IMG/VR virus record: IMGVR_UViG_3300021425_002620
DNA from: a virus
Taxonomy: Duplodnaviria; Caudoviricetes
Reading direction: 5' to 3' (one strand)
Length of the DNA: 64,000 nucleotides
The notes under the pieces are model-generated. The model was not told the DNA's origin, made no database searches, and was given only the letters and a program-made list of their open reading frames with translations. The translations under genes and the position numbers were made by a program. Below, one piece after another: positions 15,935-24,609 of the stretch; the first letter of the stretch is position 1, and the number at the start of each line of letters is the position of its first letter.

Positions 15935-17703
15935 TCTACAACTTCTACATCATTTTCGTAACTAGTAAAACCGTTTTCCTTAATAACTTTTAGAACATTA
16001 TTAACTCTACCTACTAGTTCGTCTTTGTGACTAATTAGGTAGATATTTTTATCTCGTTCTCTACCCATTTTCTTAAGAACACCGAGTGCATTTTCTACAC
16101 CCGCTGTATCCATACCGCTATCTATTAATTCGTCAATAAACAGCAAGTTTACGCCTTGATATAATGATTCCCAAACATCTCTAAATGCAAAACTCAAACC
16201 TAATATTAATCTATTACGCTCGCCACGTGACAGATTATCAAAATCTAAGTCTTGTCCTAACTGTGTAATTTCAACATTTAAGTCGTTTTGGAATAGTACT
16301 TGATGTGGTAAGCCTAATTTATCAAGATAGTATGTAAGCCTATTGTTTAAGTATGCTAAGTTTTGATCAATAATTTTTTTGCGAATAAACGAATCTTTGT
16401 TAGTAAGTAACTTCAACAAAAACTCTTGATGTTCTTTATAAGAAGTCAATTGATTTACATTTTCCCAATTAACTTCTTGAATAGCACTTTCGTTTAATTC
16501 ATCAATCTGAGATTGGTAAGGATCTACTTCTTCGTTTTTACTTATCAAAGCACTGCGTAAGTTTTCTACGTTGTTTCTATGATCATATGCTTCTTTTGCA
16601 GTTTCGTAAAAAGTTTGTGGCTTTCCGTTAATTTCACCTATTTCACTTAATGCTTCAAATACTTCTGATGCTTTTTCTGAAACTTCTGTTTGATAAGATA
16701 TAGCGTCAGAAAGTTCTTGGCTTTTTCGTTCAGCAATTTCTGCTTTTTTGTCTGCATGTAGTTCTTGACCGCATGTATAACACACTGCATCTTCAAGCTC
16801 TGCGATGTCTTTTTTAACTTTTTCAACAGATTTATCAGCACGTAATAGTGCCGGCTCAAGAGTACTTAATTCCTTTTTAAGAGCCGAAATAGTATTGTTA
16901 TGTTCATTCCAATTTTGTAGTTTTTCGTGGTTTTCTAACTCTGTATCAATGTCTAATTGTTCTAGTTCACTAATTGCTTTATCTAGTTTTTCAATGTCAG
17001 ATCGCTGTTTTGCACCCCATGCACGTTGATTGTTCTTAAGGTTATCGATAGTAGATTCAATCTTACTATTAGCAGTTTGTATTGCTTCAATTTTAAGAGT
17101 TTCTTCTGTTATTGCTTCTTTTGTACTACGTATGCTATCTTTCAATAATTCTGCTTTTTCTGATAATATTGTAATACCTAAAAGTTGTTCAATAATTGCA
17201 CGTTGATCGTTTTGTCTCATTGCAAGAAACGGCTCAGAATAGGTATTCAAAGCAACAATATTTTTAAACATTGTGTGTGTCATACCAAGAAGATGATCAA
17301 TTTCTTCTTGTGTTTTTCTACTATCGCCTTGACTTTCGTCTAACATTTCTTGTTCTTCGTTGTTCACATAAAACTTTAAAATATTAGGAGACCGTCCTCG
17401 TTCAATTCTATAGTCTACATTATTTTTTTCAAAATGTAAGGTAACTAACATTCCTTTGCTGTTAGTTTTGTTGATTAGATTATTTCTTTTAATATTAGTA
17501 AGTGCTTGACCGTACAATGCATAACTTAGTGCATTGATAATTGTAGTTTTACCAGTTCCGTTACGTGAACCGCTGTCGTCTCCGCCTTGATCTAAATTTT
17601 CACCAAGTACTAATGTTAAGTTGTCTTTGTTAAAGTCTACAGCTTGAGTTTGGTTACCCACACTCATAAAATTTTTAACAGTTAGATCTTTAATTCGTAT
17701 CAT
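15931..17703 (-). CDS. gp46: Recombination endonuclease ATPase subunit (Rad50/SbcC-like)
   Basis: Walker A NGTGKT, zinc-hook CYTC, signature LSRGE, Walker B LLFIDE and H-loop ISH. Confidence 0.95.
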   Translation of the reverse strand: MIRIKDLTVKNFMSVGNQTQAVDFNKDNLTLVLGENLDQGGDDSGSRNGTGKTTIINALSYALYGQALTNIKRNNLINKTNSKGMLVTLHFEKNNVDYRIERGRSPNILKFYVNNEEQEMLDESQGDSRKTQEEIDHLLGMTHTMFKNIVALNTYSEPFLAMRQNDQRAIIEQLLGITILSEKAELLKDSIRSTKEAITEETLKIEAIQTANSKIESTIDNLKNNQRAWGAKQRSDIEKLDKAISELEQLDIDTELENHEKLQNWNEHNNTISALKKELSTLEPALLRADKSVEKVKKDIAELEDAVCYTCGQELHADKKAEIAERKSQELSDAISYQTEVSEKASEVFEALSEIGEINGKPQTFYETAKEAYDHRNNVENLRSALISKNEEVDPYQSQIDELNESAIQEVNWENVNQLTSYKEHQEFLLKLLTNKDSFIRKKIIDQNLAYLNNRLTYYLDKLGLPHQVLFQNDLNVEITQLGQDLDFDNLSRGERNRLILGLSFAFRDVWESLYQGVNLLFIDELIDSGMDTAGVENALGVLKKMGRERDKNIYLISHKDELVGRVNNVLKVIKENGFTSYENDVEVVE

Positions 17704-17706
17704 TCA

Positions 17707-18723
17707 TTAACTCTCTAGGCTATGATAGATGTCTAATAACATCTTCTTGTCATAATTTTCTGTATCAAGTTCTGTTATTTCGCTTGCTACAATTTGATCA
17801 ACTGATTCAAACGCACTAATGTCTAAGTCTGTTGTAATTTCTTCGATTTGCTTTTGCGGTATAAGTGTTATTTCGCGACAATTATATTGTTTTATAAATG
17901 TCTCTTTAATAAAACTAGATTCTTCATAACTAATAGGTAAGTCAAGTTCAACTCGCAAATACATTTTTGGTTTAATAAATGTATCTGCTTCGTCAATTAG
18001 TTTTGATAGTTTAATTGTACGATACTTAGGACAGTTCCACCAGTTAAGATATTCTGGTTCTTTATTATTTTCTCTGTCTAGTATCATCATTCCGCGTTCG
18101 TCGTCACCTGCATCAGCATAGTTGTGAGGAAATGCATTACCTATATAATGTATTTTTCCTTGCTTTTGACGTTTGTGAAAATGACCAGAAAAAACGTATT
18201 CTTGATTTACAAAGTGCTTAGGCCTTAAGTCGCCGTGATCTGGCATCTGCACCATTGCATTCATATAGAAACTAGGAAGTTCGAAATGACCAAACATATA
18301 TTTTGCTTTAATCTTCTCAATCTTTTTCCATTCGTCGCCTACAAGCCAAGGAACAAGTGCAACATCATCTTCTTCTACAATTTCATCTATAAATGTAATG
18401 CCTTCTATATGTTTGCCAAATATAGTTGAACTTACATTACGTTTGTCTTTGTAATACAAATCATGATTACCAACAAACATATAAAAATTATCAAATGCCT
18501 TGCCTAGCTTTTCCAAACTACGTATAGTTGCATCCATTGTAGTAAGGTTAAGACTGTTTCTATTGTGATGCCAATCACCACAAAATATACCAGTTTCGCA
18601 GTTATTTTCTTTTGCTTGTTCGATATACCAGTCTATAAATTCTTCACAATCGTCGTTATGTATACGACTATTGCCTTTTAGTCCAAAATGGATGTCTGTA
18701 AACACTGCTGCTTTTTTAAACAA
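17707..18723 (-). CDS. gp47: Recombination endonuclease nuclease subunit (Mre11/SbcD-like)
   Basis: Motifs FTDIHFG, GDWHH, GNHD, GHFE and GHFH; TTG start with GAGGA SD. Confidence 0.95.
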   Translation of the reverse strand: MFKKAAVFTDIHFGLKGNSRIHNDDCEEFIDWYIEQAKENNCETGIFCGDWHHNRNSLNLTTMDATIRSLEKLGKAFDNFYMFVGNHDLYYKDKRNVSSTIFGKHIEGITFIDEIVEEDDVALVPWLVGDEWKKIEKIKAKYMFGHFELPSFYMNAMVQMPDHGDLRPKHFVNQEYVFSGHFHKRQKQGKIHYIGNAFPHNYADAGDDERGMMILDRENNKEPEYLNWWNCPKYRTIKLSKLIDEADTFIKPKMYLRVELDLPISYEESSFIKETFIKQYNCREITLIPQKQIEEITTDLDISAFESVDQIVASEITELDTENYDKKMLLDIYHSLES

Positions 18724-18750
18724 AATCAGATTCCTCTATTATTCACACTA

Positions 18751-18779
18751 AGTATAAGGTCAAAAAGCACAGATGTCAA
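18751..18779 (-). promoter_or_regulatory. Sigma70-type early promoter TTGACA-17-TATACT for the gp47-gp46-hemC operon
   Basis: Minus-strand TTGACA at 18779..18774, 17-nt spacer and TATACT at 18756..18751. Confidence 0.8.
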
Positions 18780-19633
18780 GTGGTTTTTGCCTTTGTACCT
18801 ACAAATGGTGACTGACTTGCTTCTTCATTACGTTTAACAGAAGCTTCCCACTCTCCTTGGTGTTGTCTAGTGTAACTTGGGTTTAGATCGTTCATTTCGA
18901 GAATATCGTCTCTAATGTTTTGATTTCGTTTTTCAATGTTGATGACACGTACGAAACTGTTAGTAACAGCGGCAGTGTAATAAGCAAAAGGATTATTAGA
19001 TTTTGATTCATCAAATTGTAGTCCTATTTGTGCAAGCTGAAGTATTGCTTGTCCTTTCATTTCGTCGTTATAAGTGTATCCACGAACATTGCCGCGAGTA
19101 GCATAACGGTCAACAAGTTTTAACCACATAGTAGCAAGTTTGTCAGTTGCTTTTCCGTGCTTGTGATTAAACGCCCCGTTTTCCATGCCACCTTCCCAGT
19201 GACTTTTTCCAACACAAATAAGTTCGTCTTTGTCATTAAACTTGTAGTGTTTAAAAGGCGGAAAATTAAGTTTAACTTTAGTATCAGCTATAGTTTTTGG
19301 ATTTTTCTTACGACCAGGCTCTTCAGGAATGTGTTCAAATGTCATAACTCTAAAGATTAGTTCTTCTTTAGTAATTTTTTTATAGTCGACTTCACATTCA
19401 GCTTGCTTTACTTTTTCGCCAGCCATGCGTCTTTCTTCATAGTCTGCTGTGCTTAATCGCTTTGCTTTATTTCGTTTTGCTTCAGCAATAGTTCGGATGT
19501 TAATTTTGTCAATATCGTCTAAAATAATGTCAAACTGTGCGTGATCAGGATCAATGTAACTGCAATACGTATTTTTTGATTTATGTATTTCTGCTAAGAT
19601 ATCCTTGTTGTTTAGATAATTTCGTTTTCTCAA
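18776..19633 (-). CDS. gp55: Late-transcription sigma factor, gp55 family (probable TTG start at 19633, not 19804)
   Basis: Motifs NYLNNKDILAEI, YTYNDEM and FDESKSNNPFAYYT..V.NSF.R.I..EK; GGAG SD before the TTG at 19633. Confidence 0.88.
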   Translation of the reverse strand: MRKRNYLNNKDILAEIHKSKNTYCSYIDPDHAQFDIILDDIDKINIRTIAEAKRNKAKRLSTADYEERRMAGEKVKQAECEVDYKKITKEELIFRVMTFEHIPEEPGRKKNPKTIADTKVKLNFPPFKHYKFNDKDELICVGKSHWEGGMENGAFNHKHGKATDKLATMWLKLVDRYATRGNVRGYTYNDEMKGQAILQLAQIGLQFDESKSNNPFAYYTAAVTNSFVRVINIEKRNQNIRDDILEMNDLNPSYTRQHQGEWEASVKRNEEASQSPFVGTKAKTT

Positions 19634-19660
19634 TTGAGTTTCTCCAGTAATTATAAACAT

Positions 19661-19689
19661 ATTATAAACTACATACTTAATTATGTCAA
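19661..19689 (-). promoter_or_regulatory. Consensus sigma70 promoter TTGACA-17-TATAAT for gp55
   Basis: Minus-strand TTGACA at 19689..19684 and TATAAT at 19666..19661. Confidence 0.88.
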
Positions 19690-19690
19690 C

Positions 19691-19696
19691 TAAATA
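19691..19696 (+). promoter_or_regulatory. Late promoter TAAATA for the baseplate operon
   Basis: CTAAATAA upstream of an AGGAG SD and the gp48-like start. Confidence 0.7.
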
Positions 19697-19711
19697 AGTA
19701 TAATAGGAGAT

Positions 19712-20623
19712 ATGATTATGGCGACTTTTGATCCAAAATCCATAGGCAGGACAATTACAGGACTTGCAAATGACATACAGCAAGCCGAAGCGTCTGTACA
19801 GCAATTTGTTGGTGATAATCTAAGAACAGGTGTTGGATTTATTGATTCAGCTGTTAACAACGTTGCATCTGAGCTTTTTAGTGCATTTGGGTTTAATTCA
19901 GCAAACAGAGGAGTCAATCTTCCTAAAAGTGACACAGGACAAGTCAAGTCAACTGCATCAGCATCTTTTAGCAAAGCAACCAAAGAAACTGATTGGCGTG
20001 TAAAACTTGAAATTCCACCATCGCTTAGAGGCGCACAATTAATTGCTCCGTTGCTAAAAACCGGCGGGTTCTGTTTTCCGTACACTCCGACTATTATTGT
20101 TAGTCATTCTGCAAACTATAATAGTCTATCGCCTGTTCATACTAACTATCCGTTCCAAATTTACGATCACAGTTCATCTGACGATATAGTAATTACTGGC
20201 GAATTTAATGTTGAAAATGCCGAAGAAGGACAATATTGGGTAGCATGTGTTCATTATCTTAGAAGTGTAACAAAAATGTTTTATGGAAATGGTGCCGACT
20301 CCGGAGCACCCCCTCCAGCGGTTAAATTAACTGGTTACGGTGATTATGTTTTTAATAGAGTGCCGTGTGTAGTGGCAAACTTTACAGTTGACCTACCGGC
20401 AGATGTTGATTATGTTGCAACTCCTCTTGCTGTAAAAATAGAAGGTGAAAATGACCAAGGAATTCCAACAACTTACAACAATGCAGGAACAACTTGGGTA
20501 CCAACACAAAGTCAAATATCTGTAACACTTAAACCTACATACTCAAGAAGACGAGTATCAGAATTTAGTTTACAAAACTTTGTTGACGGACAATATCTAA
20601 ATAGCGGTCAAGGATTTATCTAA
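19712..20623 (+). CDS. Baseplate tail-tube cap/initiator, gp48/gp54-like (start probably 19718)
   Basis: Motifs FPYTPTI, I.ITGEF.V, LRSVTKMFYG, PPP.VKL.GYG and PCVV.NF.V; directly precedes gp53. Confidence 0.7.
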   Translation: MIMATFDPKSIGRTITGLANDIQQAEASVQQFVGDNLRTGVGFIDSAVNNVASELFSAFGFNSANRGVNLPKSDTGQVKSTASASFSKATKETDWRVKLEIPPSLRGAQLIAPLLKTGGFCFPYTPTIIVSHSANYNSLSPVHTNYPFQIYDHSSSDDIVITGEFNVENAEEGQYWVACVHYLRSVTKMFYGNGADSGAPPPAVKLTGYGDYVFNRVPCVVANFTVDLPADVDYVATPLAVKIEGENDQGIPTTYNNAGTTWVPTQSQISVTLKPTYSRRRVSEFSLQNFVDGQYLNSGQGFI

Positions 20624-20925
20624 TGCCAGCATATAGTACAACAAGTCCATGGAACAAAACAGGATATACTCGACAAGGTGCTCTTGATATTTTAAGAATT
20701 CGTCCTGTTCCGGCAAGTGACGATGATAACAAATATGTTATTGAGACACAATATACATATAGACCTGATTTATTATCATATGATTATTACGGAACGCCTA
20801 AACTTTGGTGGGTGTTTGCACAAAGAAATATGGATACTATAAAAGATCCTGTTTTTGATTTTGTTGCTGGTACCGAAATATACTTACCGTCACCTGATAA
20901 ATTGAAAAAAGTACTAGGAGTTTAA
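20623..20925 (+). CDS. gp53: Baseplate wedge subunit, gp53-like (LysM-type fold)
   Basis: Motif YRPDLLSYDYYGTPKLWWVFAQRN...G..IYLP. Confidence 0.8.
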   Translation: MPAYSTTSPWNKTGYTRQGALDILRIRPVPASDDDNKYVIETQYTYRPDLLSYDYYGTPKLWWVFAQRNMDTIKDPVFDFVAGTEIYLPSPDKLKKVLGV

Positions 20926-20928
20926 TAA

Positions 20929-23900
20929 ATGCTCGATCCTGGAAAGGTAATCCAAAATAAAGCAGCCGCAATAACTTCAGCAGCCGGAGAGTCGTTTGGC
21001 ACTATTCAAGATCTTGATTTTAATCCTTTGACAAAAGGACTTAGTGCATCTGTTGCAAATTATTCGTCTAGTATAAAAGTTTTAGAAAATCAGTTTGCTA
21101 ACGGTGACATTGCAGGAAAAATAGGAAATGATTTAGCAGGGTTAACGTCAAAGTTTGCATCTGCTACAGGAGAGTTTGCAGATATCTTTCCTTCATCATT
21201 AAACAAATTTGCAAATGGCTTTGGTACTGCTGCTGGAGCAGCAATTGAAGACTATGTTAAGAATATTGTTCCTGGTGCAGCATTAACATTAGCAAACTTT
21301 GCTGATAGAGCAACCGCTGCTATTGAAGATGTTTACGGAGAATTAAATTCTCTTACAACACCGATAAAAGATCTAGATACCGTATTACAAACCACAATGC
21401 AACAATATTCACAAATAGGCAAAACTACACGGTTAGAAACATACCCTTCTCCAGGACCCGGTGTTGTTATAAAAAACCAATTAGAAAAATATGCAAGTTA
21501 TAATTGTATCTTTACTCTTGGCGTACTATCTGCAAAAAGTATCAATAATCCTGTACAAACATATAAAGTAGAGGGTGCTGACTATACAATTTTAAGATCC
21601 GGCGGCGGTGGCATAGACGATAAAAGAATACAAACAGCATATGATGCTCTTGGTAAAGAAGCCGGCAACTTAGAATATTTTATAGATAATTTTGAATTAG
21701 ACTCAGTTATTGCACCATCAAAACAAGCAGGCGTTGCACAAGCAATGCAGTTTTCCTTCCAAGTACAAGAACCATATTCTATGGGCTTGTTTTTACAAGC
21801 ATTGCAAGCCTCAGCATTTCAAGCAGGATTCCAAAACTATCTTCAAGCACCATACATGCTAGAAATTGATTTTGTTGGATGGAACGACGACGGAACAGCA
21901 GAACCTATTAAATTTTCAAATAGAAAAATTCCGTTTAAATTAATGTCTGTAGAATTTGATGTTGAAAAGGGAGGATCTACATATACTATAAATTGTATTC
22001 CTTGGAATGAATCTGCACTAATGAATGAAATAATGAACATACAAGATTCAATTGAAATCACAGGTGCAAATGTTTTTGAAGCTTTGTGTGCAGGTGAACA
22101 AAGTTTATCAACAGCACTAAATCAAAAATTACAAGAAGTAGCAGAAGCATCAGGAATGCCGTCTAGTGATTTTTATCTTATTAGATTCCCTAGTGTAAGA
22201 GATTCAGGATCTACATCACTTAATGCATCTGCTACAAATGCACAAAATTCAGCAACAACTACAGGTAGAGAATCTGTAGCATCAAGACTAGGGGCTAATA
22301 TTAGTGATGCAGCTTCTCGAAATATTACAGAATTTTTTAGTAGTATTGGATTAGATGATAATTCTAGTAGTTTACTAAGTGTACTAAGAGGTAGTGCAGT
22401 TAGCGATCTAAACCCTATTGGTGCATCAACAATGTTAGATACGGTAAATGCTAGGGGTGACTCTCCGTTTGGTTTAGGTTTGTATACTTGGGACGAAGAA
22501 AAGAAAGTTTACTTACGTGATGGTATAGAATTAACTATTAGTGATACTAACAGAACTTTTAAATTCAATCAAGGAACACCAATAACTAAGATCATTGAAG
22601 AAATTATATTGGTTAGTACATACGGGAAAACAGCACTTAATTTAGTAAATCAAGAAGGTAATATACCTTGGTTTAAAGTTGAACCAAAAGTTTATATTAT
22701 TGAAGATCCTGATTTTGAAAATGTAACAGGTAAATCTGCTAAAATTTATGTTTATGATGTAGTTAGGTATGATGTTAATGTTTCTCAATTTAGCTCGCCT
22801 AATAAAACTGTAAAAGGTAATATTGATTTAGCAAAACAAGCACCAAAATCATACAATTATATCTACAGCGGAAAGAATACAGATGTTTTAGGATTTGATG
22901 TTAAATTTAATGCAGCATTTTTTGAAGCATTTAGAGCTGATTTAAATCAGCTAGGAGGATCTCAGCAAAACGCTTCTAGAGACGGATCAGTTGCAGATAA
23001 TCCTGAGCCTACTCAAACACAAGATACTACACCTGGCGGAATACCAGAAGGACAAACACAATCAGTATCGTCGTTAGGTTTTACAAGTAATAATTTTAAT
23101 GCAACAGCAGCAACTAATTTAGCAAGGCAATTACACAATACACTTTTAAACAGTGATGTAGATTTAATTACAGCTGAAATGGAAATATGGGGAGATCCGT
23201 ATTTTATACCGGATAGCGGCTTAGGAAATTATACTGCGGCACAAGGACCTAGTATTAATATTACAGCAGACGGAAGTATAGATCATCAAAGAAGTGAAGT
23301 AGATGTACTAGTTAATTTTAGAACTCCTATTGATTATAGTAGTCAAACTGGTATGATGGAATTTCCAGGAGATACTATTCCTGTAGATAGTTTCAGTGGG
23401 TTGTACAAAGTACTTCAAATTACAACAGCAATATCAGGAAATAAATTTACTCAAACATTAAAAATGATTCGTAGAAAGAATCAAAGTACAGATGGGATTA
23501 GTACTGCAAAAGTTATGATGGAAAATCCTCAAGCACAGTCACTAAATCCAAACAATAGACCATTAGCTGAAAGAATTGGTAAAGATCCTAGTGAAAGGAC
23601 TACACCTGGAGCATCTAATCCAATATCAAGACCTCTTGAATCTCAAGAACAAGGGGAACTAGTTACTATTAAAACTAGAAGTGGAAAAACAGTACAAGTT
23701 GCTAAAATTGTTTCAGAACAGTTTCAAAATCTTATTTGGGAGCTTGAGGATTTTTATGGTTATGAAATAAGATCAATCGGCGGCTATGCAGACAGAAATT
23801 CTATAGGCTCTAGCAGACCAAGTTATCATGCTAGTGGACTTGCTATAGATATCAATGCAACTGATAATGCATATGTTAAACCTAGACCGGCACCTGCTCC

Positions 23901-24609
23901 AAATTATGAACCTACAGATATGCCAGAAGCTGGCACAGGATCTGAAATGGCAAAACTTGCAAAAAAACACGGATTAGGATGGGGCGGCGACTGGAAAAGT
24001 TCTATTGATGCTATGCATTTTTCAGCGGCTAAGGCGGAAGGCGGAACACTTAATTGGCCAAGAAACGGACTAGTTCCAAAAGCACCTGATCAAGAAGCAA
24101 ACACTACCTATGATGATGCAATACTAAGACAGTCGAGACAGCCACCTCAAGCACAAACAAACACGAATACATCAACTACAGCAACAGATACAGAAGTTGC
24201 AGCAAACCAAGGAACAACACCTTTACAGCCTGTTGAATCAACCTTTGGTTTAGAAGGAAGGGATCTAGCGGCCTGGCAGCAACGTTATGGTCAAACACAC
24301 AATCCAGATGGTACTCCAAAGACAGCAGCACAACAAACACAAGAAGCAAGACCTACAGTATCTGGTACAGTACCTGTTACACAAGCATCGTTTGTTAATA
24401 CTAATCAAATTATTGGCGGGCTTGGAGATGCATTACGTCCATATTTGCCAACAGAAACAAATGATAACTTATATAACTTTAATACAGGTGATAAAATTTT
24501 AGCAACGTTAGCAAGGTATAACGCCGAGTATCGTCCTACTACAACACAAACACAAGTAGCGTCAACAGATGAAGATCCAGATGCAAATGATCCAAGGAAT
24601 ATAGCTTAA
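20929..24609 (+). CDS. Baseplate hub protein (gp27/VgrG-like) with a C-terminal M15 Zn-peptidase domain
   Basis: Hub-like body (EI.IWGDP.F, GLYKV..IT..ISG..FTQ.L...R) between gp53 and gp5. About 23655-24030 carries SYHASGLAIDIN and GLGWGGDW..IDAMHF. Confidence 0.75.
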   Translation: MLDPGKVIQNKAAAITSAAGESFGTIQDLDFNPLTKGLSASVANYSSSIKVLENQFANGDIAGKIGNDLAGLTSKFASATGEFADIFPSSLNKFANGFGTAAGAAIEDYVKNIVPGAALTLANFADRATAAIEDVYGELNSLTTPIKDLDTVLQTTMQQYSQIGKTTRLETYPSPGPGVVIKNQLEKYASYNCIFTLGVLSAKSINNPVQTYKVEGADYTILRSGGGGIDDKRIQTAYDALGKEAGNLEYFIDNFELDSVIAPSKQAGVAQAMQFSFQVQEPYSMGLFLQALQASAFQAGFQNYLQAPYMLEIDFVGWNDDGTAEPIKFSNRKIPFKLMSVEFDVEKGGSTYTINCIPWNESALMNEIMNIQDSIEITGANVFEALCAGEQSLSTALNQKLQEVAEASGMPSSDFYLIRFPSVRDSGSTSLNASATNAQNSATTTGRESVASRLGANISDAASRNITEFFSSIGLDDNSSSLLSVLRGSAVSDLNPIGASTMLDTVNARGDSPFGLGLYTWDEEKKVYLRDGIELTISDTNRTFKFNQGTPITKIIEEIILVSTYGKTALNLVNQEGNIPWFKVEPKVYIIEDPDFENVTGKSAKIYVYDVVRYDVNVSQFSSPNKTVKGNIDLAKQAPKSYNYIYSGKNTDVLGFDVKFNAAFFEAFRADLNQLGGSQQNASRDGSVADNPEPTQTQDTTPGGIPEGQTQSVSSLGFTSNNFNATAATNLARQLHNTLLNSDVDLITAEMEIWGDPYFIPDSGLGNYTAAQGPSINITADGSIDHQRSEVDVLVNFRTPIDYSSQTGMMEFPGDTIPVDSFSGLYKVLQITTAISGNKFTQTLKMIRRKNQSTDGISTAKVMMENPQAQSLNPNNRPLAERIGKDPSERTTPGASNPISRPLESQEQGELVTIKTRSGKTVQVAKIVSEQFQNLIWELEDFYGYEIRSIGGYADRNSIGSSRPSYHASGLAIDINATDNAYVKPRPAPAPNYEPTDMPEAGTGSEMAKLAKKHGLGWGGDWKSSIDAMHFSAAKAEGGTLNWPRNGLVPKAPDQEANTTYDDAILRQSRQPPQAQTNTNTSTTATDTEVAANQGTTPLQPVESTFGLEGRDLAAWQQRYGQTHNPDGTPKTAAQQTQEARPTVSGTVPVTQASFVNTNQIIGGLGDALRPYLPTETNDNLYNFNTGDKILATLARYNAEYRPTTTQTQVASTDEDPDANDPRNIA

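Noticed and set aside
19634-19804. N-terminal extension of gp55 to 19804
   Set aside because: It overlaps the divergent gp48-like gene and both promoters; TTG at 19633 has a GGAG SD and matches the gp55 N-terminal motif.
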